Assembly: GCA_038060895.1 (NCBI GenBank)
Contig: JBBTCT010000009.1
Span: 80,082-144,081, forward strand
DNA from: Planctomycetota bacterium
Lineage (GTDB): Bacteria > Planctomycetota > MHYJ01 > WSZJ01
Length of the DNA: 64,000 bases
Direction: 5' to 3'
Part shown: positions 1 through 8,874 of the stretch, piece by piece
Position numbering within the stretch: the stretch's first letter is position 1
Layout: the number at the start of each line of letters is the position of its first letter
Notes under the pieces: model-generated
The model's input: the letters and a program-made list of their open reading frames with translations, nothing else
What the model was told of the DNA's origin: nothing
The model's database searches: none
Position numbers and translations under genes: made by a program

Positions 1-1
1 C

Positions 2-739
2 GCCACCAACGTCGAGGAAGCCGAAAAACTGATGAACGACGGCGGCGTCTACCTGACGATCATCGACAGCGGCGTGAAGGAATTCCAGCGCCTCGCTGAA
101 GGCGTGAAGACCAACCGCGGGACGGCTCACGTTCCGCTCGTCATCGTCTTCCCCGCGAACTCCAACCTCGACTCGCCGAAACAGTTCATGATCTGCGGCG
201 ACGCCCACGTCGTGCAACCGTTCGAGGTCAAGAAGCTCTTCAATATCTGCGACGACGAACTCGTCCGGTCGTCCGAAGAAGAAGTCATCTTCGAGCAGCA
301 GGTGCTCTTCCAGTTCCCCACCGAGGACGGTGCGATCGAAAAGGCCAACGAATTCGGCCGGGTGCTTTTCGAGGGCAGCGGCCTCCCGGAAGAGGACCAG
401 GTCGCCATCGCGGCGGCGTTCCGCGAGGGCATCGGCAACGCGGCGCAGCACGGGAACAAGTACCGGCGGGACAAGAAGGTCGAGATCCTGTACCTGCTCG
501 ACAAAGAGAAGATCACCTGCATGGTCAAGGACCAGGGCCAGGGATTCGATCACGAGAAGTACGTGAAGAAGGGCAAGGCGGGCGACGCTCTGAACGCGGC
601 GCGCGAGCGGCACAAGGAAGGCAAGCTGGGCGGCCTCGGAATCATGCTGATGTTGAAGTGCTGCGACCGGCTTGAGTACAACGACGTCGGGAACGCGGTG
701 ACGCTGACGAAGTTCCTGAAAAAGGCCGGAGAGAACTAG
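2..739 (+). CDS. Anti-sigma-factor/RsbW-like HATPase_c kinase with an N-terminal receiver-like region (5' truncated by the window)
   Basis: Frame is open from the window edge. GHKL motifs AFREGIGNAAQHGN, VKDQGQGFD and GGLGIMLM are present. Confidence 0.75.
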   Translation, partial: ATNVEEAEKLMNDGGVYLTIIDSGVKEFQRLAEGVKTNRGTAHVPLVIVFPANSNLDSPKQFMICGDAHVVQPFEVKKLFNICDDELVRSSEEEVIFEQQVLFQFPTEDGAIEKANEFGRVLFEGSGLPEEDQVAIAAAFREGIGNAAQHGNKYRRDKKVEILYLLDKEKITCMVKDQGQGFDHEKYVKKGKAGDALNAARERHKEGKLGGLGIMLMLKCCDRLEYNDVGNAVTLTKFLKKAGEN

Positions 740-771
740 GCGGCAGGCGGGCGGTAACCGGACGACACGGG

Positions 772-798
772 GGCGCGCGCGAGCGCGCCTCTTTTTTT
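772..798 (+). terminator. Rho-independent terminator
   Basis: GGCGCGC/GCGCGCC stem followed by TCTTTTTTT, just after the stop at 739. Confidence 0.65.
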
Positions 799-832
799 CG
801 ACGCGCAACGGGTTCAAGCAGGCGGCATCGCG

Positions 833-1516
833 ATGGCGACTCCCACGGATCCCCCGGTCGTGACGGTCGAGCGCTCGTTCGAGTCGCCCGCGGACGTCGT
901 CTGGGCGTCCCTGACCCGCCCCGAAATCCTCGCGGAGTGGTTTCGCGATGGGGCGCAGGCCGAAGTGAGGCCCGGCGGTGTCCTGCGCGACACGGCAGGC
1001 GACGCCGGCGAATTTCTCGAGGTCGAGGAGCCGCGACGGCTGGTGTTGTCCTGGAAGCGGGTCGAGGGCGATCCCGCGCGGCTGGTCTTCGAAATCGGCG
1101 CGGACGGCGCGCGGACGACGCTTAAGGTCCAGCTGTCGGCGCTTCCGAGCGAAAAGGAATGCGTCCGCCAGGCGGAGTTCTGGCACTGGGCCATCGACTC
1201 GCTCGAGTCCTTCCTCAAGTCAGGGTTCGGGATTCCGTACGAGCCCTGGCGCGAGATGCAGGCGGAGCTGCACCGGCGCGCGGCAGTGAAGTCGGCGACC
1301 GAAGCGGCGGAGGAGCGCAAGGAAGCGGGAGTCGTGCTCGCGCCGCTGGCGGAGGCGCCGGTGATGGCCTCCGCGTCGCGACCGGTGACGAAGAAGCTTC
1401 CCCCGAAGGCGCCGCCGAAATCGAAGCCGGCGGCAAAGAAGAACCCGGCAAAGCGGCCTGCGGTAAAGAAGCCGAAAGCCCGCGGCGCAAAGCGCGGGCG
1501 CCGGCCGAAGCGCTGA
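833..1516 (+). CDS. SRPBCC/AHSA1-like domain protein with Lys/Pro/Ala-rich basic tail
   Basis: VTVERSFESPADVVWASLTRPEILAEWF and EVEEPRRLVLSW pattern, followed by a histone-like K/P/A tail. Confidence 0.7.
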   Translation: MATPTDPPVVTVERSFESPADVVWASLTRPEILAEWFRDGAQAEVRPGGVLRDTAGDAGEFLEVEEPRRLVLSWKRVEGDPARLVFEIGADGARTTLKVQLSALPSEKECVRQAEFWHWAIDSLESFLKSGFGIPYEPWREMQAELHRRAAVKSATEAAEERKEAGVVLAPLAEAPVMASASRPVTKKLPPKAPPKSKPAAKKNPAKRPAVKKPKARGAKRGRRPKR

Positions 1517-1529
1517 ACCGTCGCTGACC

Positions 1530-2735
1530 ATGTGGCCCTTCAGCCGCAAGGAACGCCCCCTCGACCGGGCCGCTTTCGCGGCCCTGTTTGAGGAGAGGCT
1601 TCGAGCAGCCGGGGAACAGAGGCCGATCGCGCGCGACATGCAGGCCTTCGCTCTGGTGGTGGGAGACGGGGCCTTGCGCATCTTCCTCGGGAACCACCTC
1701 GACGAGTACAACGCCGCCGCCAGGCCCGCCCGCGAAGCCCTCCTGGCGCGCGCGGTGCGAACCGCCGCCAGGCCGCTGGAAATTCCTCCATCGTTCGCCG
1801 CTGCGCTTCCGGCCCTGCTGCCCCGCCTGCGGATGCGTGTCTTCCACGAATTCCTCCGCCTGCGCGCCGACGCCGGCGGGCCCGCGATCCCGGAAATTCC
1901 CTTCCGCATCGTTGCGAACCACTTCGCCGCGAGCCTGGCGTACGACGGGCCCGACTCGGTTGCCGCGATCGCGGGGTCTAAGCTGGAGGAGTGGAACGTG
2001 GGGTTCGAAGCAGCCCTCGCGGCCGCGCTCGCAAACCTGGAGCGGCGAAGCGGCGGCAAGTGGGAGAAGCCGATGCGCGGCGTGCTTTGTTCGCCGTGGC
2101 ACGACGATCACGACGCCGCCCGGCTGCTGCTGGTGGACCTGGTGCGCGGGCTCGGCCTGAAGGGCGACCCGGTCGCGATGATCCCGAGCCAGAACCAGCT
2201 GCTGCTGGCGGGTTCCGATGACCCGGAGGGGCTGGCGTCGATGGCCAACCTGGCCGGGAAGTCGCTTCAGAAGCCGCGCGCCATGAGCGGTGTCGCCATC
2301 CGGCTCTCCGGGCGCGAATGGGCGCCGTTCACGCCCGCGGAAGGCTCTCCCGTCGCCTGGGGGCTGCGCGCGTTCGCGCTGCACTCGTTGTCGCAGGAGT
2401 ACGCGGAGCAGAAGGAACTGCTGGAGGCGCGCTTCGCGGCGAGGAAGGAGGACGTGTACGTCGCCGGGTTGATGCTGATCCGGTCGAAGGACTCGGACCG
2501 GGTTTCGACGCTGACGACGTGGACGGAGGGGGTGGAAGCGTTCTTGCCGGAGGCTGAAGCGATCGGGTTCATGAAGGTCACGGGCGTGGAGAAGGCGGAG
2601 ATGCGAGGAATGGTGCCGTGGGCGCGTGCGGCGGCGGTCCTCGGGAATGCGATGAAGCCGGAGGGGTTCTACCCTGCTCGCTTTCGAGTCTGCGGATTTC
2701 CGACGGAAGGGCAATTTGAGGAGATGGGCTTGTGA
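1530..2735 (+). CDS. Hypothetical protein (DUF1444-like)
   Basis: 401-aa ORF with normal high-GC codon usage. IFLGN..EY, D.HDAARLLL and VAMIPSQNQLLLAG motifs resemble this family. Confidence 0.5.
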   Translation: MWPFSRKERPLDRAAFAALFEERLRAAGEQRPIARDMQAFALVVGDGALRIFLGNHLDEYNAAARPAREALLARAVRTAARPLEIPPSFAAALPALLPRLRMRVFHEFLRLRADAGGPAIPEIPFRIVANHFAASLAYDGPDSVAAIAGSKLEEWNVGFEAALAAALANLERRSGGKWEKPMRGVLCSPWHDDHDAARLLLVDLVRGLGLKGDPVAMIPSQNQLLLAGSDDPEGLASMANLAGKSLQKPRAMSGVAIRLSGREWAPFTPAEGSPVAWGLRAFALHSLSQEYAEQKELLEARFAARKEDVYVAGLMLIRSKDSDRVSTLTTWTEGVEAFLPEAEAIGFMKVTGVEKAEMRGMVPWARAAAVLGNAMKPEGFYPARFRVCGFPTEGQFEEMGL

Positions 2736-3104
2736 CGGCATGGACCGCGAGCTCGGGCGATCGGACGGTGGGGAGCGATGGGGAGAAAGCTGAGTCCGGG
2801 GTGCCGGATGTCGCGAAAGAAGTTGTGGAGGTCGTCGAAACTTGAAAAAATATGCCGGATTCCATTGTCAATACTTGACATTCAATTTAAGTCCTTATTC
2901 GAAATAGACTTAAGATGAAGCGCTGCGCCTGAAAAATCCGAACTGCTCGAGATTGCGCTTCGACCTGCCAACTTTTGACCCCCGACGTTTCCATTCGGAA
3001 ACACAACCTGTAGTGGCTATTTCAGATTGATAGCCCTTCACATGGTGACGGCGCCCCACTCATGTGAATCTTCGTAAGCACTTCACGATTTTCAAGTTGC
3101 GGCC

Positions 3105-3195
3105 TTGACTAGCCGAAGAGGACATCGTAAAAGTGCAGCAACTGGGGAGCAGTGGGGTACAATCCCATTCAGACCCAGACAGTGGCAGGTGGGAA
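3105..3195 (+). promoter_or_regulatory. Putative dcw promoter with MraZ-type TGGG direct repeats
   Basis: TTGACT-17-TAAAAG at 3105-3133, then CTGGGG/GTGGGG at 10-bp spacing (3142, 3152) and further GTGG boxes upstream of mraZ. Confidence 0.5.
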
Positions 3196-3219
3196 CGGCG
3201 GGTACCACGGGGCGCGGCG

Positions 3220-3678
3220 ATGGCTGATTCCAAAACGAGGCTAAGCGGCAACCACTCCCAGGTTGTCGACCAGAAGCATCGTGTCGTCATCCCGGCACGC
3301 TTCCGCGAAGTCCTTGGCGACCACGTCAAGGTCGGTGTCTACCCCCTCGAGGACTTCTTCGTCCTCACCGTGTGCTCCCCCGCAATCTACGCCGAGCGCA
3401 TGGAGGCGCTGGAAAAGCGCGCCGAAAACGACCCGAAGCTCGACTCGGCGATCACGATTCTCGAGGGCACGACCCAGGAGCTCGACCTCGACGACCAGGG
3501 CCGCGTGACTCTCACGGCCGAACTCAAGGCCAAGGCCGGAATCGAGCGCGACGTCGTCGTCATCGGCCGCGGCAATTACCTGCAGATCTGGACGCAGGGA
3601 CGCTGGGAAGACTTCCAGAAGAAAGCGTTTGAAACGCCCGGAGGGATGCGGGAGAGCATCTTCCGGCGTTCTCAATAG
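3220..3678 (+). CDS. mraZ: Transcriptional regulator MraZ
   Basis: Two DxKxR/DxQGR motifs (VDQKHRVVIPARFR, LDDQGRVTL) plus IGRGNYLQIW; first gene of the dcw cluster. ATG at 3220. Confidence 0.9.
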   Translation: MADSKTRLSGNHSQVVDQKHRVVIPARFREVLGDHVKVGVYPLEDFFVLTVCSPAIYAERMEALEKRAENDPKLDSAITILEGTTQELDLDDQGRVTLTAELKAKAGIERDVVVIGRGNYLQIWTQGRWEDFQKKAFETPGGMRESIFRRSQ

Positions 3679-3724
3679 TCAGTTAACCAACGGGGCGCGG
3701 GCGGCGGAGAGAAGGGGTGAACTT

Positions 3725-3988
3725 ATGTCCGAGAAGCGTGATTCTTTCGACGTGGTGAAGGACCTCCTGAATGCAAGGAACGAAGGAATGCTCGACATGA
3801 ACGTGCTGCGCGATGCGCGGCCGCACGTCGAGGAAGTCGTCCGCCGTCTCGAGCGCCTGCGGGCGATCAGCCCCGCGTTCGCCGGCGTCGGCTTCGGCGA
3901 GAGTCTCTACGAACTCGTCAAAGAGCTCGGCATCGGGAAGAAGCAGTACCGCTTCCCGCTCCTGACGCGCGTCGCCGCCCTGCTGTAG
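3725..3988 (+). CDS. Small hypothetical protein between mraZ and rsmH
   Basis: ATG at 3725 with AAGGGG RBS; 87 aa; its stop overlaps the rsmH GTG start. Confidence 0.65.
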   Translation: MSEKRDSFDVVKDLLNARNEGMLDMNVLRDARPHVEEVVRRLERLRAISPAFAGVGFGESLYELVKELGIGKKQYRFPLLTRVAALL

Positions 3989-4869
3989 TGGGGGACCACG
4001 CGCCAGTCCTGGTCGCGGAGTTCCTGGCGCTGGCCGATCCGAAACCCGGCGAAAGCTGGGTGGACGGGACGGCCGGCGCCGGGGGGCACGCCCGGGAGAT
4101 CCTGGGAAGGATCGGTCCTGGCGGGCGCCTGATCGGGTTGGACCGCGATCCGGTGGCCGTGGAACTTGCCCGTTCGAGACTCGGGAGAGGCGCGAACGTG
4201 CAAATCGAGCTGGGCTCGTACGAACACGTCGAGGAGGCCGCGCAACGCCTCTGGGGAGGCGCAAAGTGCGACGGCATTCTGCTCGACCTGGGCGTCTCGA
4301 GCCTCCAGCTCGACGACCCGGCGCGCGGGTTCTCTTTCTCGCGCCCCGGGCCGCTCGACATGCGGATGGGGCCTGATTCAGAGCGGTCGGCAGCGGAGCT
4401 GGTGAACGGGGCGTCGGCGGAAGAGCTGGAACGGATCTTCCGCGAGTACGGCGAAGAACGTCAGTCGAGGCGGGCGGCGGACACGATCGTGCGCGAACGG
4501 AAGGGGAAGCCGTTCTCGGACACGGCGCGTCTGGCGGAAGTGGTGGCGGGGGCGGTCGGGGGGAAACGGGGGCGGACTCACCCGGCGACGCGCGTCTTCC
4601 AGGCGATCCGGATCGCGGTCAACCGCGAACTGGAGCGCCTGAAGGTCGCGCTCGACCGGTTGCCGGCGCTTCTCAACCCCGGCGGCCGTTTCGCCGTCAT
4701 CTCCTTCCACTCGCTCGAGGACCGGATGGTGAAGGGGAAGTTCAGGGAGCTTGGGCGTCAAGGCGGGTGGCAGGTCCTGACGAAACATGTGTCGGTCGCG
4801 TCGCGCGAAGAGGAGTTGAGCAACCCGAGGAGCCGGAGCGCGAAGTTGAGGGTGATTCGTCGGGAGTAG
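3988..4869 (+). CDS. rsmH: 16S rRNA m4C1402 methyltransferase RsmH
   Basis: HAPVL, DGTAGAGGH, DLGVSSLQLD, HPATRVFQAIRIAVN, ISFHSLEDR and NPRSRSAKLR motifs. Confidence 0.97.
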   Translation: MGDHAPVLVAEFLALADPKPGESWVDGTAGAGGHAREILGRIGPGGRLIGLDRDPVAVELARSRLGRGANVQIELGSYEHVEEAAQRLWGGAKCDGILLDLGVSSLQLDDPARGFSFSRPGPLDMRMGPDSERSAAELVNGASAEELERIFREYGEERQSRRAADTIVRERKGKPFSDTARLAEVVAGAVGGKRGRTHPATRVFQAIRIAVNRELERLKVALDRLPALLNPGGRFAVISFHSLEDRMVKGKFRELGRQGGWQVLTKHVSVASREEELSNPRSRSAKLRVIRRE

Positions 4870-4897
4870 TGGGTAGTTGGTAGTTGGTAGTGGGTAG
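4867..4897 (+). repeat. Heptamer tandem repeat TAGT(G/T)GG x4
   Basis: TAGTGGG TAGTTGG TAGTTGG TAGTGGG TAG, beginning at the rsmH stop codon. Confidence 0.8.
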
Positions 4898-4923
4898 GGA
4901 CAGCCAGGAAAAGGGGAGATGAC

Positions 4924-5244
4924 TTGAAGACTTCACGGCCCATCCTGCTGGTGGCGCTCTTTCTGCTCGTCGGGCTGCTGACGGTGTGGCAGCAGGCGGA
5001 GACGCTTCGGCTCGGGTACCGGATCCGCGATCGCGAGCAACGGCTCGCGGAGCTGGAACGCGAGCGGCGTCGATTGGAGGCCGAAGTGGGCCGGTGCAAG
5101 GCGCCCGCGACGCTGATGGACCGCGCCACGGCCCTGGGAGTAGACCTGGTCGTACCGCAAGACTGGCGAGTCCTGAAGCCAGGTCAAGCCGCGCCACTCA
5201 CTTCGGAGCGAGTCGTAGACGCCAGGAATCCAGGAAGGCCCTGA
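4924..5244 (+). CDS. ftsL: Cell division protein FtsL-like
   Basis: One TM helix then a coiled coil (LRLGYRI...LEAEV...A.LM.RA..LG), positioned between rsmH and ftsI. Confidence 0.75.
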   Translation: MKTSRPILLVALFLLVGLLTVWQQAETLRLGYRIRDREQRLAELERERRRLEAEVGRCKAPATLMDRATALGVDLVVPQDWRVLKPGQAAPLTSERVVDARNPGRP

Positions 5245-5259
5245 CAAGCCAGGCAAGAC

Positions 5260-5328
5260 TCCCTACCCCCTACCTCCTACTCACTACCCCCTACTCACCC
5301 CTCAACACTCCCAACTCTCTCCTTTCCT
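5260..5328 (+). repeat. Degenerate C-rich heptamer repeat (CCCTACC/CCCTACT), roughly inverse of the 4867 repeat
   Basis: CCCTACC CCCTACC TCCTACT CACTACC CCCTACT... Confidence 0.7.
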
Positions 5329-5400
5329 TACCACCACGCCGCCGCACCCCGGAGCCCTACGGTGTTCACCCAAGGCCTGCCCGAACCAAAACCCGCGAAC

Positions 5401-7161
5401 ATGCGGGCCGGGGCCGCGCCGACCTCACGCCCGGCCGGCTGGAAGTTTGACCTGGGCTTCGCTTGCTTCGCCTGTCTCTTCCTCGCCCTCGGCCTGCGCC
5501 TCTGGGCGATCCAGGTGCGCGGCCACGACAAGGCCGTCGCCGAGCAGGAATCCCAGGCCTGGGCTCTCGAGGAAATCGAGCCCCAGCGCGGCGACATCGT
5601 CGACCGCGACGGCCGCATGCTGGCGATCTCGAAGCGCGTCCCGAGCTGCTTCGCGGACCCGAAGTACCTGGAAGATCCGGACGACGCGGCCGCAAAGCTG
5701 TCCGCGACGCTCGGACTGGACCGGGAAGCGCTTCTCAAGAAACTGAAAAGCGGCCGGCGGTTCACCTGGGTGAAGCGGCGGTGCTCGTCGGAGGAAGAGG
5801 AGGTCGTCAGGGCGATGAAACTGCGCGGCGTCGGGTTCGAGAGCGACACGCGCCGGGCGTACGTGCTCGGAAATTCGATGGGACAGGTGCTCGGGTACGT
5901 GGACATCGACGGGTTCGGGCTGGAAGGGCTGGAGCGCGAGTACCAGCAGGTCATGGCGGGGCGGGCGGGGGAGCAGTGGGTGTTGCGCGACGCAAAGCGC
6001 GACATGATCAGCAGCTTCACACGCCCGGTGAAGGACGCGCGGCCCGGGGCAACGCTCCAATTGACGATCGACGCGCGAATCCAGAACGTCGCGGAGCAGG
6101 CGCTGGCGAAGGTGATGGAGAAGCACTCGCCGGAGAGCGCGGTGGCGGTGGTGACGGACCCGCGGACGGGGGAGATCCTGGCGATTGCGGGGTACCCGAA
6201 CTATGACCCGAACAACCCGGCGGCGGGGAAGCCCGAGGCGCGGCGGTGCCGGGCGGCGACGGATTTCTTCGAGCCGGGATCGACGTTCAAGGGCGTTGTG
6301 ATGGCGGGGTTGCTGGAGAAGGGGCTGGTGAAGCCCGGAGAGATGATCGACTGCGCCGGCGGGTCGTGGAACTACCGGGGGCGGACGATCTCGGACGTGC
6401 ACGGGCACGGCGCGATTTCCGTCGCCGACGTGCTGATCGTCAGCTCGAACGTCGGCATGGCGAAGATGGCGACGCGGATGAAGCCGACGGACCTCGAAGC
6501 CTGGATCCGCGGGTTCGGGTTCGGGAAAGTCACGGGAGCCGGGATTCCTGGCGAAACGCCCGGCGTCGTCCCGCGCGAGCACCCGTGGAAGCCCCAGACG
6601 CTCGTCAGCGCTTCCTTCGGTTATGCCGTCGGCGTGACCCCGCTCCAGCTCGCCCAGGCGTACGGGGCGATCGCCAACGGCGGAACAATCCTGCCGCCGC
6701 ACCTCGTCAAGGCGGTTCTCGACGATCGCGGCGAAGAAATCGAAATGTCCCCGCTTCCCCCGGGAAATCGCTACCTCAGCACCAAAGTCAGCCGCGACAT
6801 CGTGTCGATGATGATTCAGGTCGTGGAGCGCGGGACCGCGAAGTCCGCGAAGCTCGACGGCTGGCTGGTGGCGGGAAAGACGGGGACGACGAAGCTCCTC
6901 GGCAAGGACGGGAAGTACGCGGCTGGGAAATACGCTTCGAGTTTCGTCGGGTTTGCGCCGGCGGACGACCCGAGGCTGCTGGTGGTCGTGGTCGTGAAGG
7001 AGCCGCAGGGGGCGTACTACGGCGGGACGGTGGCGGCCCCGGCGGTCGGTGAAATCCTGAGGGAAGGACTGACGCTGCTGGAAGTCAGGCCCGACGCAGC
7101 GAAGGTCAAGTTGAAGCGCGAGGAGTTCGCAAGAAAGACGGCTACGGAGGGACGGCGATGA
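5401..7161 (+). CDS. ftsI: Class B penicillin-binding protein FtsI/PBP3
   Basis: RGDIVDRDG, LTID, EPGSTFK (SxxK), SSN and KTGT motifs. Start uncertain (5362 GTG or 5401 ATG). Confidence 0.92.
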   Translation: MRAGAAPTSRPAGWKFDLGFACFACLFLALGLRLWAIQVRGHDKAVAEQESQAWALEEIEPQRGDIVDRDGRMLAISKRVPSCFADPKYLEDPDDAAAKLSATLGLDREALLKKLKSGRRFTWVKRRCSSEEEEVVRAMKLRGVGFESDTRRAYVLGNSMGQVLGYVDIDGFGLEGLEREYQQVMAGRAGEQWVLRDAKRDMISSFTRPVKDARPGATLQLTIDARIQNVAEQALAKVMEKHSPESAVAVVTDPRTGEILAIAGYPNYDPNNPAAGKPEARRCRAATDFFEPGSTFKGVVMAGLLEKGLVKPGEMIDCAGGSWNYRGRTISDVHGHGAISVADVLIVSSNVGMAKMATRMKPTDLEAWIRGFGFGKVTGAGIPGETPGVVPREHPWKPQTLVSASFGYAVGVTPLQLAQAYGAIANGGTILPPHLVKAVLDDRGEEIEMSPLPPGNRYLSTKVSRDIVSMMIQVVERGTAKSAKLDGWLVAGKTGTTKLLGKDGKYAAGKYASSFVGFAPADDPRLLVVVVVKEPQGAYYGGTVAAPAVGEILREGLTLLEVRPDAAKVKLKREEFARKTATEGRR

Positions 7162-7384
7162 GAGTTCTCGTGGCAATCTGGGAAACGCTGGCGGAAGCGG
7201 CGGTGTTGCTTGGGGAGTGACGGCAGGGGATGGGGAACGACGGGATAGGGATGGGGCGGGATGGGGATCGGGATTGGGATGGGGCTTGAACATCGCGTTG
7301 GCCTCGGAACCGGCGCGACCTGATGGTGAAGCGGTCGGGATTCTCGACTTGCTTTGCCCGCTCGGGGTGGAGAGGAGAGGGGAC

Positions 7385-8851
7385 TTGAAGCTTTCATCGC
7401 TGCGCAAGGCGCTTTCGGGCGCTTCGTGGTCGCTCTTCAAGGACGCCGAGGTTCTCGGCGTGACGGCCGATTCGCGCAAGGTGCGCCCGGGCTGGGTGTT
7501 CATCGCGATCCCGGGAGTGAAAGACGACGGCGCGAAGTACGCGATCTCGGCGCTCATGAACGGCGCGGTCGCGGTGGTTTCTACGAAGAAGCTGGAGCTT
7601 CCCTGCGCCGCGCCCCAGGCCATCGTCGCCGACGCGCGCGAAGCGGCGGCGCAGCTTGCGGCGGCGTTCCACGGATATCCGTCGCGCCGGCTAAAGGTCA
7701 TCGGCGTCACGGGGACCAACGGCAAGACGACGACGACGCACCTCGTGCGCGCGATGCTCAACGCGGCGGGGGCGAAGTGCGGGCTGCTGGGCACGATCAG
7801 CTACCAGTTCGGGCGGCGCGACATTCCCGCCGACAACACGACGCCGGGCCCGGTCGAGCTGCAGGAGATGTTCGCGGAGATGGTCGAGATCGGAATGACG
7901 CACTGCGTCATGGAAGTTTCGTCCCACGCTCTTCACCAGGGCCGCGTCGCCGGGATCGAGTTCGCCGGATCGATCTTCACGAACCTGACGCGCGACCACC
8001 TCGACTACCACAAGACGATGGAGAACTATCGCGACGCGAAGGCGCTCCTGTTCCGGGGGCTCAAGCCCGGCGCCGCGGCCGCGGTGAACGTGGACGACCC
8101 GTACGGGACGTTCATGGCGGAAGCCTCGGCTGTGCCGGCCGCGACGTTCGGGCTCTCGCCGGCCGCGAATGTGCGCGCTGAAGTCCACTCGACGACGCTC
8201 GACGGCACGCGCTTCTTCCTCCGCGCCGCCGGATTCGAAGGCCCCGTTTCCTCGCCGCTCGTCGGCCGCCACAACGTCCAGAACGTCCTCGGCGCGATCG
8301 CCTGCCTGGAAGCGATGGGCGTTGATCCCGACGCTCTTCGCGACGGCGCCGCCGCGTGCGCTTTCGTGCGGGGCCGTCTCGAGCCCGTCCGCTGCGGCCA
8401 GCCGTACGCCGTGCTCGTCGACTACGCCCACACCGACGACGCCCTCATCAACGTCCTCACCGCGCTCCGGCCCCTCACGCCGGGGCGCCTCATCAGCGTT
8501 TTCGGCTGCGGCGGCGACCGCGACAAGGGGAAGCGCCCGATGATGGCGAAGGCCTGCGCGCGGTACGCGGACCTTGCGGTCGTGACGAGCGACAACCCGC
8601 GCACGGAGGACCCGATGCGGATCCTCGACGACATCCTCGCGGGCATGCCCGCGGACGCGCCGCGCATCGTCGAGCCGGACCGGCGCGAAGCGATCAGGAA
8701 GGCGCTTCGGGAAGCGCGGGCGGGGGACACGGTGCTGATCGCGGGGAAGGGTCACGAGACGTACCAGATATTCAGGGACGGGGTGAAGCCGTTCGACGAC
8801 CGGATGGTGGCCGCGGAGTTCCTGGGCCGGCGGTTGCCGGCTCTGGCGTAA
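7385..8851 (+). CDS. murE: UDP-MurNAc-tripeptide synthetase MurE (meso-DAP type)
   Basis: GVTGTNGKTT, MEVSSH, DYAHT, FGCGGDRD, DNPR (DAP-specific) and AGKGHE motifs. TTG start at 7385 follows a GAGGAG RBS. Confidence 0.96.
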   Translation: MKLSSLRKALSGASWSLFKDAEVLGVTADSRKVRPGWVFIAIPGVKDDGAKYAISALMNGAVAVVSTKKLELPCAAPQAIVADAREAAAQLAAAFHGYPSRRLKVIGVTGTNGKTTTTHLVRAMLNAAGAKCGLLGTISYQFGRRDIPADNTTPGPVELQEMFAEMVEIGMTHCVMEVSSHALHQGRVAGIEFAGSIFTNLTRDHLDYHKTMENYRDAKALLFRGLKPGAAAAVNVDDPYGTFMAEASAVPAATFGLSPAANVRAEVHSTTLDGTRFFLRAAGFEGPVSSPLVGRHNVQNVLGAIACLEAMGVDPDALRDGAAACAFVRGRLEPVRCGQPYAVLVDYAHTDDALINVLTALRPLTPGRLISVFGCGGDRDKGKRPMMAKACARYADLAVVTSDNPRTEDPMRILDDILAGMPADAPRIVEPDRREAIRKALREARAGDTVLIAGKGHETYQIFRDGVKPFDDRMVAAEFLGRRLPALA

Positions 8852-8874
8852 ATAAAAACATCGGGGAGGCGAGA

